The notes under the pieces are model-generated. The model was not told the origin of the DNA, searched no databases, and saw only the letters and a list, made by a program, of their open reading frames with translations. A stretch of 64,000 nt of DNA from a virus. Positions 52,126-61,161 of the stretch are shown piece after piece. Every line of letters starts with the position of its first letter. Position 1 is the first letter of the stretch. The stretch covers positions 7,617 through 71,616 of IMG/VR virus record IMGVR_UViG_3300006109_000424. One strand, given 5' to 3'. The translations under genes were made by a program, and so were the position numbers.

Positions 52126-54000
52126 TCATATACTAAAATCTGGTATATTCTCAGATTGGCCAGAGAGATTTTGTAATTGATTTTGTGCAAAATTAATGTC
52201 TGTGGCAGCTTTTGCCGAAGCCGAATTGGGATCTGGATATTCAAAACTTGGCGCAGGGATTTTGTCACTGCCTATTATTTGATTGGTAGCTGTATCCACT
52301 GTGTCACGATTTACGGTGTTATTAAACCCAGGAGCCGGTTCCGTAGATGCAACTAACGGATCCGATGAACCACCTAGCAAACTGCCCGAATTTGATCCAA
52401 GCAGATTGGATAAGGATGATAGGTTACTTAAATTGTCCAAACTTGGTAGCTTGCCAGTCAAACTGCTCGGGTTGGGTAAACTATTGGTCAAACTGCTCAA
52501 GCTGGGCAAACTACCAGTTAGGCCGGTTAAACTGGGCAATCCTGATGTTAATCCGCCTAAACCGGGCAAGCCCGAAGTCAGGCTACTTAGGCTAGGTAGG
52601 CTATTGGTCAAGCTACTCAGGCTAGGCAAATTGATGTTACCTAAATTGCTTAAACTGGTTAAAGGATTGGTAGCGCCGGTGGCAAATTGTGCGGCTTTTC
52701 CTAACACGTTAAGGTCAGTTGCGGCCGATGTTACCGTGGCAGAAGCTCCAGAGGTCAAACTTCCTAGACTGGGCAGACCTGATATACTAGGCAAGCCAGA
52801 AGATCCAGTGATACCTGGCAGGCTAGAAGTTAGACTACCGAGACTTGGCAAACTACTGGCCCACTGGGTCGCAGCCTGTGTGCCAAATTTAGTGGCATTA
52901 GCAACTAAAGCTCCTACATCAGCTGTGACAGCGTTGGTTAGTTTTGTGGCAATTCCGCTGATATTTTGCAGACTGCCAGTTGACAAGTCATTAAGCGCAC
53001 CGGATGCCAGAGTGGTCAAATTGGTAGTGGCCGACGACAACAGGTTGCCTACAGAAGAATTAGCCAAGGACGAAGTTAATCCGCTGATGTTGGGCAAGCT
53101 GGAAGTTAGCCCGCCCAAGCTGGGTAATCCGTTTGCTAGACCACTTAAACTAGGCAGTCCACTGGTTATGTCACTTAGACTGGGCAAGTTGGGAATAGAA
53201 AACGATATTCCAGTTTCGGCACTTAACGCCGACAAGGACTGCAAACCGCTCTGTGTGTAGATCTTGCCGATCAATGTCTGCACCGAAGCTATAGGTGGTG
53301 GTGTTATAGTTCCAGAGGCCGTTAAACTATTGTAGGCCCCGCTCATTAGATTACTCATGGCTGTGTTTTGCGCCGTGGGATTGCTAAGGAAATCAGTTAC
53401 AGTGTTGATACCTCCTTGACCAGTGAAAATACCCGGAGCAGACATTACACTGGTCAAGGGTGATGGATCTGCTATAAATTGAGCCCAGGTTCCTGGTTTT
53501 ACGTAGCCAGCCTGTTCTAAATCTTGGCAACTTAATCCATATTGACCAACTCCCTTGTCATTAGTCATGACATTTGCAGGTTGGTTAACAAAATTTGCTA
53601 TCTGTGCCATAATACCTTGTACTTGTCCAGAACTCAAAGGACCGATAGCTGGAGCGGTAAAATTTGAACTTTTAATTGAAGCTATGTTGGCTGGGGTGAT
53701 GGGATTTTGTAACGGCACATTAATCAAAGACGGAATTGCACCCACCGTGGGCAGGCCATTAACTATGGACAAAATAACCGAATCAGACACTCCAGCTGTG
53801 CCGCGATCTAGCCGACTTAGTGCAAATTTGGTTGCAACAGAAGCGTTACCACCAACACTCTGACCAACAACAACTCCCACCAGTGCACCAGCAGCTACCT
53901 GACTATAAAATATGCGGTCGGCTTCAACCTGAGTGGTTCCGGCAGGTGTTGTCATGGTAAATTTAGCACCTGACGGCAAAATATAATTAAATTGGCTCAT
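52126..54000 (-). CDS. baseplate-associated protein with Ser/Leu/Gly decapeptide repeats
   Basis: Globular region GVGQYGL...LEQAGYVKPG; LPSLxxLTxx repeats; ATGA-coupled to the gp5-like gene. Confidence 0.7.
   Translation of the reverse strand: MSQFNYILPSGAKFTMTTPAGTTQVEADRIFYSQVAAGALVGVVVGQSVGGNASVATKFALSRLDRGTAGVSDSVILSIVNGLPTVGAIPSLINVPLQNPITPANIASIKSSNFTAPAIGPLSSGQVQGIMAQIANFVNQPANVMTNDKGVGQYGLSCQDLEQAGYVKPGTWAQFIADPSPLTSVMSAPGIFTGQGGINTVTDFLSNPTAQNTAMSNLMSGAYNSLTASGTITPPPIASVQTLIGKIYTQSGLQSLSALSAETGISFSIPNLPSLSDITSGLPSLSGLANGLPSLGGLTSSLPNISGLTSSLANSSVGNLLSSATTNLTTLASGALNDLSTGSLQNISGIATKLTNAVTADVGALVANATKFGTQAATQWASSLPSLGSLTSSLPGITGSSGLPSISGLPSLGSLTSGASATVTSAATDLNVLGKAAQFATGATNPLTSLSNLGNINLPSLSSLTNSLPSLSSLTSGLPGLGGLTSGLPSLTGLTGSLPSLSSLTNSLPNPSSLTGKLPSLDNLSNLSSLSNLLGSNSGSLLGGSSDPLVASTEPAPGFNNTVNRDTVDTATNQIIGSDKIPAPSFEYPDPNSASAKAATDINFAQNQLQNLSGQSENIPDFSI
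52410..53200 (-). repeat. LPSL(S/G)(S/G)LT(S/N)(S/G) coding repeats (~30 bp period) in three clusters
   Basis: e.g. LPSLSSLTNS LPSLSSLTSG LPGLGGLTSG LPSLTGLTGS LPSLSSLTNS LPNPSSLTGK. Confidence 0.85.
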
Positions 54001-55514
54001 GATGTCTTGGTGATTGTAACTCCATCCGGAACTGATGGAGCTGCCGGCGGAGCACTGGCAGAACCATTGCCTAAATTTACCGAAGCTGCTACTCCCATGT
54101 TGTGATAAGGGTATGGCTCATGGCATGGCGCACGAGTCACTATACTTTCTGTGCCGGTTGGATCAACTACCCAACCTGTGCTGGCATTGAACTGTGCGTT
54201 GGGTTGCAGATAAGTGGTCAGGCCTGCTGGAACTGCTACATCAATTCGTTGTCCGCCATTGAGCTGTAGTCTACTACCATTAAAACTTAATTCTGAACTG
54301 GCAGCCCAACTGCCTAGTTGACTGCTTATGGCCAAAGTGCCAATGGCTTTTATTCCAATGCCAGTTTGACTATACAGACTCATTTGACCTTTGTTTGATA
54401 AATTTATATCAGAGTCACTTTGTACCGTAGTGGCTTTGGTACTTTTCATGTTAACAGCGCCGCCAGCAAACATGTTGATGTCTTGGTCGGCGTGCAAATT
54501 GATAGTTCCATCAGTGCGCAAATTTATACTGTTGGTAGCATATACATCTAAGGTACCCTCTTGTCCCAATTCCACCCAGGTCTGGCCGTTGGCGTGACAA
54601 ATATAAAAACAATTGCCATCGTCACTCATGGTGATCTGATGACCTTTTGAGGTGCGTATACGTATTAGATTATCGGCACCTTGCAAATCACCATCGTCCA
54701 TTACAAAGGTATGACCGCCGCGACGACCAATCACATTGGCATCAGCTGGTTTTGCACCTGACAAGGACTTTCCATTTACATTGGCATCGCCACCTTTGAG
54801 AATACTACCTTGATAAATTGCGCGGCCTGGCGTAGAAATTCCATAGCAGTTGCTAGGACTCTCTCGTTGGCTAGTACTTCCAATGGCTCCACGCACAGTG
54901 TCATTGGCCAAGCCCTGTTGAAACAATACAGCGGCCACATACGAATGCACCGGTTTAGGCTGATCAAAATACTTGGGGTTGTCGGCAATTTTCAGATTAG
55001 CATTGTTGATTTCAGTCACCGGCAATCTAGGAGACCCAGCAAAATAACTAGCCTGGGTGGCATTTTGTGTCTGCGCCTGGCTGTTAGGAACTGATCCAAT
55101 GGCCGGAATCATATGGGTGATACCTTGATCCGGAATGCATCCCACATAGTATCCTTGTTTAGGATCACCAGCAACGAAGAAACACAACACACTGACGCCA
55201 ACGTCGGGTGGTGTGAACCACATACCATAACTCTGTTGATTGCCTTGCACAAAAGTGCCGGTACCAGCGCTGCCGCCCTTGGGTGTTGCTCCGTAAAATG
55301 GTGGACAATAATTCACATATCGCCAAAGGTCTTTGTTGTTAGGATCGGCTCCGCCAAACTGTTCAATATAAACCTGCAATCGTCCCGTACGTGTTGCGTC
55401 TACATTGTTTTTAACTATACCAATAAAAGGCCCAAATTCAGTGGGCATGCCACCACGATCAAATTTGTAATTTTTGGGTTGTCCAGTACTGCGTTGTATA
55501 TTTTCGCCGGCCAT
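53997..55514 (-). CDS. baseplate central spike, T4 gp5/VgrG-like (OB-fold plus beta-helix, no lysozyme domain seen)
   Basis: GIVKNNVD..RTGRLQVYI, YGMWF.PPDVG..VLC.F..G, GHTFVMDD, IRIRTSKGHQI.MSDD. Confidence 0.85.
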   Translation of the reverse strand: MAGENIQRSTGQPKNYKFDRGGMPTEFGPFIGIVKNNVDATRTGRLQVYIEQFGGADPNNKDLWRYVNYCPPFYGATPKGGSAGTGTFVQGNQQSYGMWFTPPDVGVSVLCFFVAGDPKQGYYVGCIPDQGITHMIPAIGSVPNSQAQTQNATQASYFAGSPRLPVTEINNANLKIADNPKYFDQPKPVHSYVAAVLFQQGLANDTVRGAIGSTSQRESPSNCYGISTPGRAIYQGSILKGGDANVNGKSLSGAKPADANVIGRRGGHTFVMDDGDLQGADNLIRIRTSKGHQITMSDDGNCFYICHANGQTWVELGQEGTLDVYATNSINLRTDGTINLHADQDINMFAGGAVNMKSTKATTVQSDSDINLSNKGQMSLYSQTGIGIKAIGTLAISSQLGSWAASSELSFNGSRLQLNGGQRIDVAVPAGLTTYLQPNAQFNASTGWVVDPTGTESIVTRAPCHEPYPYHNMGVAASVNLGNGSASAPPAAPSVPDGVTITKTS

Positions 55515-57310
55515 TAGTTGTCATCCTGTGCTATTTGTTGTGGGCTATTTAATTGTTGAATTTGTTGCTGTTCTGCCGTTAGTGGAGCTACTGTCCCATT
55601 GGCAGATGCCACCGCTGCCGCGGCATCGGCAGGAGGAGTAAACCCGCCACCGCTGGTATTATAATTAGTCTGTACCGACCGTATCGCCGTTATATCTCCA
55701 TTGCTGGTTGGATCTCCTGCAGGAGCGGCCGGTTGGGTTGTTTGCGGTTGCATAGTTGTTGCTGTGTCTGTAGAGTTATTGCCGTCGGGTGTAGGATTAT
55801 TGTTGTTGGCCGCTGTTCCGTCATTCCATAAATCTGGATTCAGCTGATCACTTAGACTGATACCCGAAGTTTGGGCTGTTGTAGATTCTCGACTGATAGT
55901 TGTTGCAGAGGATGGATTGCTAGGAGTTGGTCGGCCTGCAACAGCGGCCTGTTTGGCTGTGGCACCATCCTTGGCAAACTCAATCAATAAACGCCCTTCT
56001 AGTTGTTGCTCAAACCGACCTTTACTAAAGGTATTTTTACATTTTATAGCAGTATAGGTAAAACTTTCCTGCGGTTGTCCCGAGTTGGAATTTACATTGA
56101 CCACACCAGTATTAAAATCGTAGTCCTGTGGTGCATTAAAATTGACATCAAATACCACTTCTTGGCTGTCGTAGTTGATGGTGCCATCGGCCAGGAATGG
56201 ATTAAAATTAAATGCATTGGCCACCATGCCTAGACCAACTTCGCCCTGTTGCATCCAGGCAGGATCTCCAACAATTTTTAAATTTACTCGGGCCAAATCT
56301 GTTGGACTGTATAAAAAACTGGCAGCACTGCTCGATGCTTCGTTGGTCTGAGTTTGACTTTGACCTTGAGTATTGTTTTCACTGGTGGCCATATAGGTCC
56401 TGCGTGGCTGATCTCTAAAATCATGTGTGGTTTTGGTTGATAAATCTTTGCCCAATCCACTTAGAGTCAGTCGATAGTAGTTGTTATATTCCTGTTCAAA
56501 GTTCAAAATTTGTGTGTTAAGTCCTGTAAACCAGTAGTTGTAGCTTTTATGGCTGCCGCGATATCTGCTGTCAGGAAAATACTGGCTCATCATTTGTGTG
56601 ATTGCATAAGGTGTAACAATGAATTTCATGCTGTAAGCATGATCTTTTCTCTTGTTGTCGTATTTCAGCTGAGTGGCCTGCATGGTGATCTTGTACCAAG
56701 CTGTAGTTCCGTTACCCGGATTAGGATTGGCGGTCTGTGTGGTCAATCCAGTTTTTGGGTCGGTCACTGTGGTGACCTGTACATTTTGTTGACCAGTTAT
56801 GTAACTGCTGCTGCGCATGATTTGATCAATTAACTGCACAATCTGTGTGCCGGCGGTCACTTGCCAGATCTGACTGTTGTTGGTAACACTTTGTTTGTCG
56901 GCGACCAACTTGTCAGCAGCGGTGGTGGGATTTTTTGCGGCTGTGTTGGTAAGGTCGGTTTGACCAGGTTTAATCACAGAAAAGGCGCCTAAATTTGATT
57001 GTTGGGAAAATTCAATTGAATACACATCGGCCACTTCGTACTTGCCAGATTGTACCAGGTACTGTTGGTGTGCATTTAGGGCTTCGCATAGGCCAGTAAA
57101 CACCTTATCAGTTTTTACTGGTGCTGCAGAAGCGTTGGGCGGAGCAGAGCTGCCAGGAAGGGCTACTGATCTTTCAGATAGAGTGGATCCTCTAACCAGG
57201 ATCCCCTGTTTGGCTGCCAACTCCTCAGGAGTCGATGTTACAGCCGTGCCACCTGGGCCACCAAATCGTTTGTTGATTATATTATCTGGATTGTACGTAA
57301 TATTGGCCAT
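55514..57310 (-). CDS. baseplate hub-like protein (gp27-like C-terminal part)
   Basis: K.YNY.FTGLN..IL.F, L.IVGDP.W, F.KG.FEQ.L; position before gp5-like. Confidence 0.6.
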   Translation of the reverse strand: MANITYNPDNIINKRFGGPGGTAVTSTPEELAAKQGILVRGSTLSERSVALPGSSAPPNASAAPVKTDKVFTGLCEALNAHQQYLVQSGKYEVADVYSIEFSQQSNLGAFSVIKPGQTDLTNTAAKNPTTAADKLVADKQSVTNNSQIWQVTAGTQIVQLIDQIMRSSSYITGQQNVQVTTVTDPKTGLTTQTANPNPGNGTTAWYKITMQATQLKYDNKRKDHAYSMKFIVTPYAITQMMSQYFPDSRYRGSHKSYNYWFTGLNTQILNFEQEYNNYYRLTLSGLGKDLSTKTTHDFRDQPRRTYMATSENNTQGQSQTQTNEASSSAASFLYSPTDLARVNLKIVGDPAWMQQGEVGLGMVANAFNFNPFLADGTINYDSQEVVFDVNFNAPQDYDFNTGVVNVNSNSGQPQESFTYTAIKCKNTFSKGRFEQQLEGRLLIEFAKDGATAKQAAVAGRPTPSNPSSATTISRESTTAQTSGISLSDQLNPDLWNDGTAANNNNPTPDGNNSTDTATTMQPQTTQPAAPAGDPTSNGDITAIRSVQTNYNTSGGGFTPPADAAAAVASANGTVAPLTAEQQQIQQLNSPQQIAQDDN

Positions 57311-57313
57311 GAG

Positions 57314-58597
57314 TTAGCTAGATAATTGTGAATAATCATATCCATCTGATGCGGCCAACGGATTGTCTTGTCCGGTTACAATTGATCCTAGTGTGGGTGG
57401 CACGACCGGAGGAGGTGATGGCGGTGTTGTAGTATTTGAAGGAGCAACTGTAGATTGTCTGGCGCCTGGATCGAATTGTGCTATATCAGCGGCCGATACT
57501 GGGTTGCCTTGCAACAACTGTGCCACTGTACCCCCCGACAGGCTAAATGCAAACGGAATAGTGCCGCGATCGCTACTAGCATTGTAGTAATGTGGTATAG
57601 GCTTGGCCGAAATATGATATTCAACCGCCCGGTTGGCCACACGGAATGTTATGTTGCTAATTATGCATGGATAGTATTTTTGTATCACAGATTGGGCATT
57701 GGTACTGCCCAATTGTCCGTTGGTAGTATATTGTCCCTTGGCTGGCGCTAACAAATTGCCCTGGCTATCATAACCGTAAAATTCAATAATCAGGCAGTGT
57801 TGTGCGGTCAAATAGTTGGGTGTCTGAGATGTTTGTGTGGCTGTGCTGGAAGCTGTTCCGTTGGTTGCAGAAGTGGGTGTGGTACTCTTGTACACGTTTT
57901 GTACGGCTTGATATAGCTTTTCTATTAAAGTTATGCCATTGGGTTCAGTCACTTTGAATTTAATATCGGTAGCCGAGTTGGACATGTTGGTTCCGTGCAA
58001 AGGAACCACACTTTCAATTTCAAGATCATCCATGTAGTAATCCACAGGAAAAAACTGATTGCGAGTTCCAGTTGCGGCTCCGCCACTCTGCATTAACAAT
58101 TGCCAACCAACGGTGTTGACTCGTTGAGACGACACAAGATTATTGTATTGCGTAGGAGTCAGTAGGTACCAGGATATAGCGTAGGTATAGCTGGCATATT
58201 GATCTAGCACATTGGGCTGGGTAATGATGCGTGAATTGGTTGAAGTGCCAAAGGTTGCAGAAATCAACTGTTGTGCCGAAGCACCAGTGGAAGGCCCCGG
58301 GGTGTCGTCGGGTCCTATACTGGTGGCAGAATTTCCTGTAGTACCGGCACCAACTCCGGGATTTGTAGGTGCCTGTTGCACTGCATCATCTTGTGAGGTA
58401 AGATTCTGATTGATTTGATTTTCAGTAAATACCGGCGCCGCTAGTTGCTCGCCAGAACTTGAAGTTGCTTGACTTTCACCAATCGGCAGTGGCTTAGAAT
58501 ATAAATCTTGGATTTGTTGTTGCTCAGGAGTCAGTGAGGTCGGAACATATCCTGTGGCTTCTGCTACTGCCTTTGCATTTTCTTCTGGAGTTGCCAT
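57314..58597 (-). CDS. baseplate hub-like protein (N-terminal part)
   Basis: PNVLDQYASYTY...., DYYMDDL.I, F.VTEPNGITL, EFYGYD. Confidence 0.6.
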   Translation of the reverse strand: MATPEENAKAVAEATGYVPTSLTPEQQQIQDLYSKPLPIGESQATSSSGEQLAAPVFTENQINQNLTSQDDAVQQAPTNPGVGAGTTGNSATSIGPDDTPGPSTGASAQQLISATFGTSTNSRIITQPNVLDQYASYTYAISWYLLTPTQYNNLVSSQRVNTVGWQLLMQSGGAATGTRNQFFPVDYYMDDLEIESVVPLHGTNMSNSATDIKFKVTEPNGITLIEKLYQAVQNVYKSTTPTSATNGTASSTATQTSQTPNYLTAQHCLIIEFYGYDSQGNLLAPAKGQYTTNGQLGSTNAQSVIQKYYPCIISNITFRVANRAVEYHISAKPIPHYYNASSDRGTIPFAFSLSGGTVAQLLQGNPVSAADIAQFDPGARQSTVAPSNTTTPPSPPPVVPPTLGSIVTGQDNPLAASDGYDYSQLSS

Positions 58598-58598
58598 G

Positions 58599-58898
58599 TT
58601 AGAATCCCAACACAGATTTGAGTGTGGCTTGTTTGGGCAGGTAGATTGCTGTTCCTGCTCGAAAGTCCAAGGGCGGCTTGGTCAGGGTGTTAGGGTTGCG
58701 TTGATAAAACACCCACCACAAGGCACTATCGCCATACAGGTCATAAGCCAGGAGATCGGGTCTGTATTGGAACGTGTTGTTGATAGTGAACAGAAGATCG
58801 TCGGTGGCTTTAGGGATGGGTCTATTGACCATTACATCTAGGAAAAATTGGCTATAGCCCGTAGTATAATAAGGACTGGTTGAATCGTAAGTGGCCAT
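58599..58898 (-). CDS. baseplate wedge protein, T4 gp53-like (LysM-like)
   Basis: YRPDLLAYDLYGDSALWWVF..RN....P..DF..G..I.LP. Confidence 0.85.
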   Translation of the reverse strand: MATYDSTSPYYTTGYSQFFLDVMVNRPIPKATDDLLFTINNTFQYRPDLLAYDLYGDSALWWVFYQRNPNTLTKPPLDFRAGTAIYLPKQATLKSVLGF

Positions 58899-60088
58899 TA
58901 CCAGAATCCTCCCTTAAGTAATTGTCCATTGGCAAAGTTTTGAAGACTAAATGTCTGGCTGACCTGTGCGCGACTCTGCACCGGCAACAAGGTCAAGGTT
59001 ATGTCTATTTTTGATGGTACATAAGTTGGATTACTTATGAGACTCTGCAAGGGGGCTGGCAAACTATTCTGCGCACCCGGAGGCAAGAACGCAGTAGCCA
59101 AACGAGTCACTGTGGGCGAAATGGCATTCAGTGTGGTCGAATATAAATTCTGAAGTGGTTGTAAATTGAGTCCGGCATTGTAAGGAGTACCCGAACTGAC
59201 ATAGTCCACATCAGCCGGCAAGACATAGTTGAACTGGCTGACCACACAAGGATGATTGTTAAATTGGTAGTCGCCCAGTCCGCTGAGAAATACCAGAGGT
59301 GGCGGTGATCCACGTTTTGCATCTTGGCCATAGAACATCTTGGTCACTGACCGGAAAAAATGGATCACAGCCAGCACATAGGCTGCATCGGCGGTGCTCT
59401 GTGCTGTGAATGTTGCGGTTAGATTAACCGCATCGGTGTAGCTGTTTTGATAAAAGTATCCGCGATAATTTGAATGCGTGAGGTCGTAATTGCTGTAGTT
59501 GGCACGATAGGCCGTGCTTATACTGGGCGTGTAAGGAAATATCACACCGTTGGTTGTTTTGAGTGGTGCCAGTAATCCAGGTTGGGCATCGTTGTACAAA
59601 TAGGTAGCACCTGGTGCCAGTCTAAGCGTTACACGCCAGTCGGTGTTGGCCGCAAACTGCAGGTTGGAAATTTGCGGTTGCAGACTGGCCTGTGCGGCAC
59701 CAACTACAGCAGCCCCTGCAGCAGCCCCGGCGGCATCCAGTCCAAACAGTGCGCCACTGAAAATTCCGCCATTGGCCGCACTGGTTGCGTTGGTTATAGC
59801 GGCCGACAGTGGATCTTGGCCGGCACTAGTTTGTGATTTAGATATGAGACCCGATGCATTGGCTGTAAATCCTAACCCAGGTGTATCAGCAGGTAAATCT
59901 TCTGGAGTGTTATTAACGTCGCTAACAGGAACCGCAGGATTTTCGCCCGATCCGGCCTGCGGGTCTACCGCAGGATCAACGGGCGTCGCTGATGTGTCAA
60001 CCTCAGATTCTGGTATTTGCTGTGCCGATGAAGTGGCGTTAGTTATTTCTGCTTCGTAATCTGTATTTGGATCTACTGGATCTGCCAT
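58898..60088 (-). CDS. baseplate/tail-tube initiator, gp48/gp54-like
   Basis: GVIFPYTPSI...Y.ANY....THSNY, FTAQ, HFFRSVTKMF.G, PPP...L.G.G...F...P.VV..F; TAAATA at 60107-60112. Confidence 0.7.
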   Translation of the reverse strand: MADPVDPNTDYEAEITNATSSAQQIPESEVDTSATPVDPAVDPQAGSGENPAVPVSDVNNTPEDLPADTPGLGFTANASGLISKSQTSAGQDPLSAAITNATSAANGGIFSGALFGLDAAGAAAGAAVVGAAQASLQPQISNLQFAANTDWRVTLRLAPGATYLYNDAQPGLLAPLKTTNGVIFPYTPSISTAYRANYSNYDLTHSNYRGYFYQNSYTDAVNLTATFTAQSTADAAYVLAVIHFFRSVTKMFYGQDAKRGSPPPLVFLSGLGDYQFNNHPCVVSQFNYVLPADVDYVSSGTPYNAGLNLQPLQNLYSTTLNAISPTVTRLATAFLPPGAQNSLPAPLQSLISNPTYVPSKIDITLTLLPVQSRAQVSQTFSLQNFANGQLLKGGFW

Positions 60089-60148
60089 AATTGTTTTCCT
60101 ATTCTATATTTACCGCAAAAATAATATGCCCAGATTATGTTAAACTGG

Positions 60149-60181
60149 TTGACAGGTATGGTTTTTGTGCTACAATAAATA
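60149..60181 (+). promoter_or_regulatory. overlapping sigma70-type and late-type promoters for the late sigma gene
   Basis: TTGACA-16 bp-(TGc)TACAAT overlapping TAAATA 60176-60181. Confidence 0.6.
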
Positions 60182-60201
60182 TCATACTAGGAGACCTATA
60201 C

Positions 60202-61116
60202 GTGGCCACATCGTCCTTACCAAGAACACCAGCAAAAACTAATTATTTAAATAATCGCGATATCTTGAAGCAAATACACCTAAGTAAAAACACCTACTGT
60301 ACATATTTAGATCCAGTAACAGATCATCAATATGACATCATCCTGCCCACCCTAGCTAAGATCAACCAGCGCACCATAGCCGAAGCTCGTCGTAACAGGG
60401 CTGACAGGATCAAACGAGAAACCGGTACAGTTGTTGATCCTAAAAAAATCGCCAACACCGATCTAGTGTTCAGAATTACCTGTTGGGAGCACATACCCAT
60501 GGCACCCAAAAAGGCACCTAAAACCGTCGCAAAGAAAAAGAAAATTGAAGACATTTTTGAGTTAGATTTGCCCGAAGACGACCCCCTGGCTGAACTAATT
60601 GAGGATCCAATTTTAGACCCTAAACATGTTCGCCTAAACTTTCCTCCGTTTTATCATTATCGCCTAAACGAAAATAAGGAACCTGTCTTGGTAGGCAAGA
60701 GTCACTGGCGTGGCGATCTACATCACGGCGAGTTTTCAAAGGATCACGGGCAGGCCACCAGGACCTTGGCCACCATGTATATGAAGCTATGTGAACGCTA
60801 TGCTACACGTAGCAACTGGAGAGGATACACTTACAATGAAGAAATGCGCGGACAGGCACTCTTACAATTATCACAGATCGGACTACAGTTTGACGAGTCG
60901 AAAAGTCAAAACCCTTTTGCTTACTACACTGCTGCTATCACTAACTCTTTTACTCGCATTCTTAATCTAGAGAAAAAAAATCAAAACATACGTGATGACA
61001 TGTTAGAACAGGCCGGACTCAATCCATCATGGACACGTCAGAATGCCGGCAAGAAAGATCCCAACTTTGGTGCCACGGTTACTATTACCAGTGGTGAAGA
61101 CTACGAAGCTACCTAA
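60202..61116 (+). CDS. gp55: late-transcription sigma factor, T4 gp55-like
   Basis: YLNNRDIL; RSNWRGYTY.EEM..AL......FDESKSQNPFAYYT..I.NSF...L..EKK; GTG start with AGGAG SD; gp55-47-46 synteny. Confidence 0.85.
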   Translation: MATSSLPRTPAKTNYLNNRDILKQIHLSKNTYCTYLDPVTDHQYDIILPTLAKINQRTIAEARRNRADRIKRETGTVVDPKKIANTDLVFRITCWEHIPMAPKKAPKTVAKKKKIEDIFELDLPEDDPLAELIEDPILDPKHVRLNFPPFYHYRLNENKEPVLVGKSHWRGDLHHGEFSKDHGQATRTLATMYMKLCERYATRSNWRGYTYNEEMRGQALLQLSQIGLQFDESKSQNPFAYYTAAITNSFTRILNLEKKNQNIRDDMLEQAGLNPSWTRQNAGKKDPNFGATVTITSGEDYEAT

Positions 61117-61125
61117 CCGGACCGG

Positions 61126-61154
61126 TCGCAATCTACCAATTGTGACTGTAAACT
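61126..61154 (+). promoter_or_regulatory. promoter TCGCAA-17-TAAACT, leaderless geometry
   Basis: 7 nt before gp47 ATG; same -35 as 4363. Confidence 0.5.
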
Positions 61155-61161
61155 GTAATCT

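Noticed and set aside
52283-53260. 325-aa antisense ORF with KLL/RLG repeats
   Set aside because: Shadow of the Ser/Leu/Gly repeat codons on the minus strand; no SD or promoter
60091-60201. Upstream extensions in the ORF track (also 3046, 10462, 21067, 30647, 5559)
   Set aside because: They run through promoters/terminators or deep into neighbours; downstream starts have SDs, ATGA overlaps or paralog-matching N-termini
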